A DNA stretch of 61,249 nt. Origin: Candidatus Micrarchaeota archaeon. GTDB taxonomy: Archaea > Micrarchaeota > Micrarchaeia > Micrarchaeales > CABMGC01. Shown here piece after piece: positions 43,389 to 51,220 of this stretch. Under the pieces are notes generated by a model. It saw only the letters and a list, made by a program, of their open reading frames with translations. It made no database searches and was not told where the DNA came from. Every line of letters begins with the position of its first letter. Position 1 is the first letter of the stretch. The DNA is taken from positions 1 to 61,249 of the forward strand of contig JAWDMK010000001.1 of assembly GCA_046536675.1 (NCBI GenBank), written 5' to 3'. The translations under genes were made by a program, and so were the position numbers.

Positions 43389-44837
43389 CTACTTATAATG
43401 CCACTTAACGCCTGTCTTTGTATCCTCTATTATTATATTGTACTTTTCCTCTATCTCCTTTCTTATACGATCTGCCTTATCAAAATCTTTTTCTTTTCTC
43501 GCTCTTTCTCGCTCTTCTATAAGCTTCTCCACCTCATCTGGTAGCTTCTTCTCCTCCAGCTCTTTTTTAAAGTCAAGGCCAAGTATTGTATCAAAATCAA
43601 GCATTATCTCGATAACCTTCTTTGCCTCTTCTGCTCCGACCTTTCCCTCGCTTAGCCTTTTGTTTTCATAACTTATAAGTGCATGCATTTCTTTAAGCGC
43701 ATTTGGTGTGTTCAAATCATTGTTTAGCTCTTCGAAGAACTGCCTGTGGAATTTCTCCAGCTCCTTTTCAACATCTTTGCCAAACTCCTTCTCCTCCTTC
43801 ACCGCGTTCATCTCCCTTATGAAATTATAAATGCCCTTGAGCGTCTTATCTGCATTTTCAAGAGCTTCAAAGGTGAAGTTTTGCTGGCTTCTGTAGTGGC
43901 TAGATAACAGGAAAAATCTTAGCGATAGTGGTGAGTAACCTTTGTCTATTATATCTTGCACTGTGTATATGTTTCCAAGCGACTTTGCCATCTTCATATT
44001 GTTTACTGTTAGGAAAGAAACATGTATCCAATAGTTTACAAACTTCTTGCCTGTTGCTGCTTCTGACTGGGCTATTTCATTTGTGTGGTGTATTGGTATA
44101 TGATCTATGCCACCACAATGAATGTCAAAATGTTCACCAAGATACTTCATACTCATTGCACTGCACTCTATATGCCAGCCTGGAAAGCCACGCCCCCATT
44201 CAGAATCCCATACCATCTCTTTCTCATCGCCTTTTGCAAAGCGCCATACCGCAAAGTCTGTTGTATTCTTTATGCCTGCAGCCCTCTCAACCCTTGCACC
44301 AGCCTTAAGGTACTTGTTAAGCTCATCGAAGCTCATGCCTGTAAGCTTGCCATAATCTTTAAACTTAGAGGTATCATAGTAAATACCTGTAGAGACCTTG
44401 TATAAGTAGCCCTTCTCGTCAAGCTTTTTTATAAGAGCAAGCATATCATTTATGTGCTCAGTGGCCCTTGGCATAACATCTGGCATTATTATATTGAGCC
44501 TCTTTATATCTTTCACAAAAGCCTCTTCGTAAAATCTTGCCACTTCATATGCGCTCTTATGCTCCTTTCTTGCTTCTAGCTTTATTTTATCCTCACCTAT
44601 ATTTGAATCTCCAACAAGATGTCCGACGTCTGTTATATTCATCACATGCTTTACCTTGTAGCCGTTGTGGAGCAGTGTTCTTTTCAGAATATCTTCCTGC
44701 ACATATGTTCGCATATTACCTATGTGTGCAAACCAGTATACTGTAGGGCCGCATGTATACATTCCAACGCTCCCTTTCTTTATGCTTCTAAAAGGCTGTA
44801 TTTTGTGTCCAAGTGTATTATATAACTTAAGAACCAT
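43389..44837 (-). CDS. cysS: Cysteinyl-tRNA synthetase
   Basis: CGPTVY..AHIGN (HIGH motif), KMAKSLGN (KMSKS motif), 482 aa. Confidence 0.95.
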   Translation of the reverse strand: MVLKLYNTLGHKIQPFRSIKKGSVGMYTCGPTVYWFAHIGNMRTYVQEDILKRTLLHNGYKVKHVMNITDVGHLVGDSNIGEDKIKLEARKEHKSAYEVARFYEEAFVKDIKRLNIIMPDVMPRATEHINDMLALIKKLDEKGYLYKVSTGIYYDTSKFKDYGKLTGMSFDELNKYLKAGARVERAAGIKNTTDFAVWRFAKGDEKEMVWDSEWGRGFPGWHIECSAMSMKYLGEHFDIHCGGIDHIPIHHTNEIAQSEAATGKKFVNYWIHVSFLTVNNMKMAKSLGNIYTVQDIIDKGYSPLSLRFFLLSSHYRSQQNFTFEALENADKTLKGIYNFIREMNAVKEEKEFGKDVEKELEKFHRQFFEELNNDLNTPNALKEMHALISYENKRLSEGKVGAEEAKKVIEIMLDFDTILGLDFKKELEEKKLPDEVEKLIEERERARKEKDFDKADRIRKEIEEKYNIIIEDTKTGVKWHYK

Positions 44838-44841
44838 CGCA

Positions 44842-45609
44842 TCAACTTACTATCTGCTGATTCACAACGATGCCAGGTGTTTGTATTGGAACAGCGCTCT
44901 GATAAAAGTCGCCCACAGCTATATAGTCAAGCCTATTTACAACAGTGCCAACCACATTTGCAACTACTCTAACGCTTACATTCTGGCACATAAACATTGC
45001 AATAGGTATGCTTGCATTTTCGAATTGGCTTGTTGGATAAAGATTGCCTGGTGCATTGTAGGTATTGTAATGCGTTATTATTACAGGCTTGCCGTCCTTT
45101 ATTATCTCAATATATAGCTGTGCGTTATAAGGTGAAATTATTTTGAAGTTAAGATAAGGCAATACAACCTTGAATGGCTTTGAGGTAAGATTTCCTGTCT
45201 GTAAGGTAAGGCCGCAATGATACGTTGTTGCAAAGAAATTGCCGTCGTAGCCCATCCATGTTGTGTTATAATAGCATGAATTGTTGTTAGCCCATGTAAT
45301 ATTTAGTGGTGCACTTCCAAAACCATAGCCTGTTAAGTTCCAACCTTCGTATGTGCCTGTAGAGAAATTGCCGTTTTCCAAGGCCAATGTTTTATTTGAT
45401 GATAAGCAGCTACCAATAGGAGGTATCGTTGTTGTTGTGCTAGTTAGATTTTTATTATTAATAATGGTGGTAGTCAAGGATGAGGTTGTTGATGCTATTG
45501 TAGTGGTTGTTGTTATATGCTTGCCGTACCCTATGTGCAAGTACCAGAGCAGGAATATTATTATAAGGAAAATGCCTATCAATAAATAAGCTATGGCTCC
45601 TTTATGCAT
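44842..45609 (-). CDS. Membrane-anchored extracellular protein with a Thr-rich stalk and many N-glycosylation sequons
   Basis: An N-terminal TM helix, then TTTTTIASTTSSLTTT...TSTTTT, then a beta-rich domain with at least 10 N-x-S/T sequons. Confidence 0.6.
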   Translation of the reverse strand: MHKGAIAYLLIGIFLIIIFLLWYLHIGYGKHITTTTTIASTTSSLTTTIINNKNLTSTTTTIPPIGSCLSSNKTLALENGNFSTGTYEGWNLTGYGFGSAPLNITWANNNSCYYNTTWMGYDGNFFATTYHCGLTLQTGNLTSKPFKVVLPYLNFKIISPYNAQLYIEIIKDGKPVIITHYNTYNAPGNLYPTSQFENASIPIAMFMCQNVSVRVVANVVGTVVNRLDYIAVGDFYQSAVPIQTPGIVVNQQIVS

Positions 45610-45691
45610 ATAAGCACCAAATAGATTTGGCTATCAACATATAAAAATCTTATATACTAAATATTCTTGCGATAATTTGTATGGTGTTTTA

Positions 45692-45805
45692 ATGGGAAGT
45701 ATACCTAGAAAATGGAAAAAGAAAGGAAGAATGCGCTGGAAGTGGGTAAAGAAGAGAAGAAGAAGATTAAAGAGAGCGCAGAAGAGAAGGGTCGGTAAGC
45801 TCTAG
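45692..45805 (+). CDS. rpl41e: 50S ribosomal protein L41e
   Basis: My own translation gives [37 protein letters not shown] (37 aa). The [13 protein letters not shown] core matches archaeal L41e as I recall it. A GGTG Shine-Dalgarno site lies 5 nt upstream. It falls below the ORF-track cut-off. Confidence 0.7.
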   Translation: MGSIPRKWKKKGRMRWKWVKKRRRRLKRAQKRRVGKL

Positions 45806-46389
45806 GTAAGGGTTCTTATCTGGTATCTGCCACGCTTCTCTATTTCGACAAGCTTTCTGAATACATCGCTTGATCCTCTATAGGCTTTAGCATAGGAATC
45901 TGCAAGCACCTTATATTGCTTCTCATTTAGAGAGCGCTTCATCAAAAGCAAGTCTATCGCCTTTTCTTCTATACTTTTGCTTATCTCTGCTAATCCAAAA
46001 TCTATCACATAAACAGTATTTTTGCTTACAATTATGTTTGCAGGGGTAAAATCACCATGTGCAATATCAGCGTTGTGCATTTTAGCAAGAAGAAGACCTG
46101 CTTGCCTTAGTAGATATTGGCTCTTCTTTACGTCGCGTAGTAGTTTTCCTTCAAGATAGCTCATATAGATTGAGAATTTTCCAACGCTAATAAGCCTTGG
46201 TGTTTTAACTCCAGCCTCAAATGCCCTATATAAAATCCTAGCCTCGTTCCTAGTTCTTGCAAGCCTAAGCTTTTCATCTAAGCTCGCCTCTCTATACTCT
46301 TTTTTAATCCTCTCTTTTACTACTAATCGCTCGCCAAATATTTCTTGCATGTATATTTTTGCCTCTGCTCCCTCACTCAGTAGCTTCAA
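45802..46389 (-). CDS. bud32: Bud32/PRPK-type Kae1-associated kinase (KEOPS subunit)
   Basis: 195 aa minimal kinase with catalytic loop [11 protein letters not shown] and IDFGLAE. It overlaps the kae1 stop by 4 nt and is not fused to it. Confidence 0.8.
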   Translation of the reverse strand: MKLLSEGAEAKIYMQEIFGERLVVKERIKKEYREASLDEKLRLARTRNEARILYRAFEAGVKTPRLISVGKFSIYMSYLEGKLLRDVKKSQYLLRQAGLLLAKMHNADIAHGDFTPANIIVSKNTVYVIDFGLAEISKSIEEKAIDLLLMKRSLNEKQYKVLADSYAKAYRGSSDVFRKLVEIEKRGRYQIRTLT

Positions 46390-47405
46390 GGAACCACCGC
46401 CTTTTCAATCCTATACCTTTGCTCTATGCCACATTCTTCTATCTTGCTAGTATAACCACTCTTAATAAGCCTTTCTGCGACATATGCAATCATTGCTCCA
46501 TTATCTCCGTTGAACTCATTTGGTGCAAAGCCAAACTTCACATTATGCTCTTTGGCTATTTTGCCTAGCATCTCCTTAAGCCTCGTACTTTGCGCAACAC
46601 CACCACAAACACAAAGCTCCCTGCTTTTTGTAAGTAGAAGTGCCCTCTCTGTCGCCTCGCATATCATGCTAAAAGCAGTCTCTTGCAGAGAGTAACAAAG
46701 GTCTTTATTGCTTACTTTTCCTATAAGCTTTTTCGCATAAGTCAGAAGGCCTGTAAATGCAAAGTCCATGCCCTTTACAGTATATGGCATTTCTATATAT
46801 TTCCCACCTTTTGCTTCTTTCTCAATGCTAGAGCCCCATGCAGGAACAAGTTTGAGCTCTCTTGCAAATGAATCAAGCATGTTTCCAATGCCTATATCGA
46901 GCGTTTCTCCAAGAACGTGGTAATGTCGATAAGGCTTGTCAACAAGCTTTAATATTTGTGAATTGCCGCCACTTACATAAAGTGCAAGCGGATCATTTAA
47001 ACCTGCGACATGCTTAGTTATCTCTATATGCCCCACCCCGTGGTTTACTTGTGTTATTGGTATAGCAAACTTATTTGCTATTGTCTTTGCAGCTAGCTCA
47101 CCAACTTGAAGGCAAGGCCCTATACCCGGTCCACGCGTATAACCTATGCCTTCTATTTGTTTTAAGCTTATACCGGCTTTCTTCAAAGAATATTCTATAA
47201 CCTTGCTAACATTCTCTATATGGAATTCAGCCACTTTAGAAGGTATCATTCCTCCACTTCCTACATCGTATGAAATCTTTTCATTAGCAAGTATCTCCCC
47301 ATCTCTTACTATGCCTACCCCCAGCGTATGCGCACTGCTTTCTATTCCCATTACAAGCATGATAATATCTTTAAATTCAAAATTTAAAATCTTGTTGAAT
47401 AACAA
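46386..47405 (-). CDS. kae1: Kae1, tRNA N6-adenosine threonylcarbamoyltransferase (KEOPS catalytic subunit)
   Basis: GIESSAHT, the metal-binding HGVGH, and the SGGNS/GGVA motifs of the ASKHA fold. The likely true start is Met16 (ATG 47360, MLVMGIESS). Confidence 0.9.
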   Translation of the reverse strand: MLFNKILNFEFKDIIMLVMGIESSAHTLGVGIVRDGEILANEKISYDVGSGGMIPSKVAEFHIENVSKVIEYSLKKAGISLKQIEGIGYTRGPGIGPCLQVGELAAKTIANKFAIPITQVNHGVGHIEITKHVAGLNDPLALYVSGGNSQILKLVDKPYRHYHVLGETLDIGIGNMLDSFARELKLVPAWGSSIEKEAKGGKYIEMPYTVKGMDFAFTGLLTYAKKLIGKVSNKDLCYSLQETAFSMICEATERALLLTKSRELCVCGGVAQSTRLKEMLGKIAKEHNVKFGFAPNEFNGDNGAMIAYVAERLIKSGYTSKIEECGIEQRYRIEKAVVP

Positions 47406-47648
47406 AATTTTTGTAAGTTTATTAATTTCTACTAGTTGTAAATACGTGATACGATAGAAAAAGAAGTTTTGAAACCTTTAAAGGCTAAAAGAGGAGAGTG
47501 ATGAGAAGAAAAAACAACTTCTTATACTTCGGCTAACATGTAGACGGTGCATAAAAGGAAGTATAAGATTTGATATAAATATTTATAAATGTTATTGCTC
47601 AATATAAATAGAGCCTGTATGTGTATTCTTAGCGAGCGCTCATTTTAG

Positions 47649-47900
47649 GTGGATGTCTTGGTAGAAGAAACGGAGCACATATTAGTACCAGTTCATGAGT
47701 TATTAACAGATGTTGAGGCTAAGAAAGTTTTAGAAGAGTTGCGTGTAAATAAGGAAGATCTACCTAAAATATTCGAGAGCGACCCGCAAGCCAAAAAATT
47801 AGGTGCTAAACCAGGTCAGATTATAAAGATATATAGAAAAGATCCACCCTTCCAAGCTAAAAATAAATACGTATACTACAGGCTTGTTGTAAAGGGTTGA
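47649..47900 (+). CDS. rpoH: DNA-directed RNA polymerase subunit H (Rpo5)
   Basis: HILVPVHELL...LPKIFESDP...GAKPGQIIKI.R....YYRLVV. GTG start. Confidence 0.9.
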   Translation: MDVLVEETEHILVPVHELLTDVEAKKVLEELRVNKEDLPKIFESDPQAKKLGAKPGQIIKIYRKDPPFQAKNKYVYYRLVVKG

Positions 47901-47903
47901 TTT

Positions 47904-49373
47904 ATGGCGAACGAGATACTCGAAGCATATTTGAGCTCAGCTTCTCTAGTCCAGCAGCAGATAGAGAGCTTCAACAGATTTTTAGATTTTGGTATTCAGC
48001 GTGTTATAGCAAAACAAGGTTCGATACAGCCAAACATAGAAGATTTTTCACTAAAGCTAGGCAGAGTTAGGCTTGAGAAACCTTCAATAATAGAAGCAGA
48101 CAGTTCAAGGCGCAGCATAATGCCTAATGAGGCAAGGCTAAGAAATCTTACATACGCAGCGCCAATATTCCTAGAGTTTATACCTGTTATAAGAGGTATA
48201 GAGAAAGAGGCATCGTATGGCGAAGTTTTCATAGGAGAGCTGCCTGTAATGGTAAGAAGTAATCTCTGCCATATGAAGAATATGCCAAGGGACCAGCTTA
48301 TAAAGAGTGGCGAAGATCCTGATGATCCAGGTGGCTATTTCATAATAAAAGGTACAGAGCGTGTTCTTATAGGCTTAGAAGATCTTGCACCAAACAGGAT
48401 AATTACAGCAAAGGAAAAAGGTGGCACAGAAGTTACAAGTAAAATCTTCTCTACTGTCGGCACATTTAGGGCAAGGTGCGCCGTATCAAGAAATCAGCGT
48501 GGCTCATTTGTTGTAAACTTCCCGAATGGACCTAAAAATACAGAGCTTATACTTTTACTAAGGGCTCTCGGCCTTACAATAAATGATATAATTAAGCAGA
48601 TCGAATCCATACAGGCTGTTAAGAATGACTTTGTCTACAATATAGAGGGCAGCGAAGCAAATGATATTGGACCATCAGAAGCTATACTGAAGATAGGAAA
48701 AGAGGCAGCGCCAGGACAAGCTGAAGACTATCAGAGGAAGCGCGCAGAAACAATATTAGACAATTACTTGCTCCCTCATATAGGCATTACCCCTGAAGAT
48801 AGAAAGGAAAAAGGAAAATATCTTATCGAAGCAGCGAAAAGAGCCTCGCTCGTTGCTAATAAATATCTTAAACAAGATGACAAAGACCATTATGCAAACA
48901 AGAGGCTAAAGCTTGCTGGCGACCTAATGGAAGAGCTTTTTGCTTATGCCTTCAAGTTTTTCGTAAAAGATGTTAAGTACCAGATAGAAAGAACAAGTGC
49001 GCGTGGAAGGAGAATGAGCATACAAACTATAGTGAGCTCAGATACGCTCACTGAAAAAATCCTATATGCGATGGGTACAGGCACGTGGGTTGCGGGCCAG
49101 ACTGGCGTATCGCAGGTTCTTGACAGAACAAATCTGATGAGCACATATGCTCATTTAAGGCGTGTAAAGTCGCCGCTTGCAAAGAAGCACCCTCACTTTA
49201 GAGCTAGGGACGTTCACGGAACACAGTGGGGCAAGATATGCCCTTCCGAATCTCCAGAAGGCCAAGAGGTAGGACTTACAAAATATCTTTCAATGATGGC
49301 AAAAGTAACAATAGGTGCTGATGAAAAGTTCACAGAAGATAAGTTAAAGGAGCTTGGCTTGAAGAAGGATTAA
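47904..49373 (+). CDS. rpoB2: DNA-directed RNA polymerase subunit B'' (N-terminal half of split Rpo2)
   Basis: 489 aa. The N-terminal Rpb2 protrusion and lobe pattern ends in the RARDVH.TQWGKICPSESPEG region. Confidence 0.95.
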   Translation: MANEILEAYLSSASLVQQQIESFNRFLDFGIQRVIAKQGSIQPNIEDFSLKLGRVRLEKPSIIEADSSRRSIMPNEARLRNLTYAAPIFLEFIPVIRGIEKEASYGEVFIGELPVMVRSNLCHMKNMPRDQLIKSGEDPDDPGGYFIIKGTERVLIGLEDLAPNRIITAKEKGGTEVTSKIFSTVGTFRARCAVSRNQRGSFVVNFPNGPKNTELILLLRALGLTINDIIKQIESIQAVKNDFVYNIEGSEANDIGPSEAILKIGKEAAPGQAEDYQRKRAETILDNYLLPHIGITPEDRKEKGKYLIEAAKRASLVANKYLKQDDKDHYANKRLKLAGDLMEELFAYAFKFFVKDVKYQIERTSARGRRMSIQTIVSSDTLTEKILYAMGTGTWVAGQTGVSQVLDRTNLMSTYAHLRRVKSPLAKKHPHFRARDVHGTQWGKICPSESPEGQEVGLTKYLSMMAKVTIGADEKFTEDKLKELGLKKD

Positions 49374-49384
49374 TAGGTGGTGTT

Positions 49385-51214
49385 TTGGCTAAGAAAATAA
49401 ACGAAAAATGTTATGTTTATCTAAATGGTAGGATTATAGGCTACGTAGAAAATGGCGAAGAGTATGCAAATGAGATTAGGCGTGCTAGAAGAAACGGCAT
49501 TATCTCTGGAGAAGTGAATGTTGCATACCTTAGCAAGGAAAATGTGGTTCATGTAAATACAGATGTTGGGAGAGTAAGAAAGCCTTATATTATTGTCGAG
49601 AATGGTAAATCAAAGTTAACCCCTGATCTTCTTGAAAAGCTGAAGAAGAAGGAGATAGATTTCAACTATCTTGTCAGGCATGGTATTATAGAATACCTTG
49701 ATGCCGAAGAGGAAGAGAATATTCTTGTTGCATTAGATGAAAGCAAGATAACAAATGAGACAACACATCTAGAAGTAGACTTAGATTCAATCTTTGGTTT
49801 TACTTTAGGTTCAAGCCCGTATCAAGAGCACAATAGCGCGGCAAGACATGCAATGAGCGCAAACTTTATAAAACAGAGCGAAGGTCTGTATGCTACAAAC
49901 TTCAATTTAAGATTTGATTCAAGGTCTTATATACTCTTTTATCCGCAGGTTCCTCTGGTAACAACAGTTCCTTATAAGGCAGCTAGGATAGAAACACATC
50001 CGAGCGGCCAGAACTTTGTTGTAGCACTTGCATCATACTACGGCTATAATATGGCTGATGCTGTAGTGATAAACAAGGCTGCCGTAGATAGGGGCTTGGG
50101 AAGAAGCATGTTTTATAAGACCTATGCTGATGAAGAGAGAAGATACTCAAGTGGTCAGAAGGATTCTTTTATGATTCCACCTCCAACAGCAGAGGGCTAT
50201 ATGGGAGAGAGTGCTTATTCAAAGCTGAGTGATGATGGTATTGTAGAACCTGAGACGAAAGTCGACGAGGGTGACGTTCTAATAGGAAAGGTGGCACCAC
50301 CAAGATTCTTGGAAGAGAATCTGGGTGCAACAGGATTGGAAGAAAAGATAAGAGATGATTCCGTAGCTCTAAAGGCTGGCGAATATGGTGTTGTAGATAG
50401 CGTAGTCATTTCAGAGACAACAGGCAAGACAAAGATAGTAAAGGTAAGGGTTAGAAGTTTGAGGATACCTGAAAAAGGAGATAAGTTTGCAAGCAGACAC
50501 GGGCAGAAGGGCGTTGTTGCACTCATTGTTCCACCTGAGGATATGCCTTTCACAAAAGATGGTATAGTGCCAGATCTTTTGCTTAACCCGCATAGTATAC
50601 CTTCAAGACTTACATTTGGCCATTTGCTAGAGGAGCTTGCGGGCAAGGCTGCGGCATTTACAGGAAAGCAGATAGATGGCACGCCGTTTGCTGAGCAGGG
50701 TGATAAGAGGATTGAAGAGTATGCAAAGATAATAGAGCAGCATGGCTTCGCTAGATATGGTGAAGAGATATTATATGATGGCATAACAGGCGAGCCATTC
50801 AAGTCTGAGCTCTTTATTGGGATAGCCTATTACAACAGGCTTTACCATATGGTAAGCAACAAGCTGCAGGTAAGAAGCAGAGGTCCTGTACAAATATTGA
50901 CACACCAGCCTACAGAAGGAAAGGCAAGGCAGGGTGGTCTTAGGTTTGGAGAGATGGAAAGGGATGTGCTTGTAGGTTATGGTGCAAGCTTGCTGCTCAA
51001 GGAAAGGCTTCTTGACCAGAGCGACAAAACAAAGGTTCTTGTATGCAAGGAATGTGGTAATATAGGGTATCATGATTATATAAAGAAGGTTGATGTTTGC
51101 CCGATATGCGGAAGCAACAATCTAGAGGAGGTTGAGATAAGCTACGCTTTCAAGCTCCTCCTCGATGAGATTAAGTCTTTGCACATCTTCCCTAAAATAA
51201 AACTGAAGGAGTGA
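49385..51214 (+). CDS. rpoB1: DNA-directed RNA polymerase subunit B' (C-terminal half of split Rpo2)
   Basis: 609 aa. GDKFASRHGQKGV, GLRFGEMERD, and a C-terminal Zn ribbon CKECG...CPICG. TTG start preceded by AGGTGGTG. Confidence 0.95.
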   Translation: MAKKINEKCYVYLNGRIIGYVENGEEYANEIRRARRNGIISGEVNVAYLSKENVVHVNTDVGRVRKPYIIVENGKSKLTPDLLEKLKKKEIDFNYLVRHGIIEYLDAEEEENILVALDESKITNETTHLEVDLDSIFGFTLGSSPYQEHNSAARHAMSANFIKQSEGLYATNFNLRFDSRSYILFYPQVPLVTTVPYKAARIETHPSGQNFVVALASYYGYNMADAVVINKAAVDRGLGRSMFYKTYADEERRYSSGQKDSFMIPPPTAEGYMGESAYSKLSDDGIVEPETKVDEGDVLIGKVAPPRFLEENLGATGLEEKIRDDSVALKAGEYGVVDSVVISETTGKTKIVKVRVRSLRIPEKGDKFASRHGQKGVVALIVPPEDMPFTKDGIVPDLLLNPHSIPSRLTFGHLLEELAGKAAAFTGKQIDGTPFAEQGDKRIEEYAKIIEQHGFARYGEEILYDGITGEPFKSELFIGIAYYNRLYHMVSNKLQVRSRGPVQILTHQPTEGKARQGGLRFGEMERDVLVGYGASLLLKERLLDQSDKTKVLVCKECGNIGYHDYIKKVDVCPICGSNNLEEVEISYAFKLLLDEIKSLHIFPKIKLKE

Positions 51215-51220
51215 TATTTT

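Noticed and set aside
45802-47405. Separate kae1 and bud32 genes considered as a disrupted fusion or pseudogene, because the two are fused in many Euryarchaeota
   Set aside because: Both ORFs are full length with intact catalytic motifs, and they overlap by 4 nt in the usual coupled-translation manner. Unfused arrangements are normal in many archaea.
47497-47560. GTGATGA (C-box-like) in the kae1/rpoH intergenic region, considered as a free-standing C/D box sRNA
   Set aside because: I found no CUGA D box, no C'/D' pair and no terminal stem within 50-70 nt downstream. An isolated heptamer is expected by chance.
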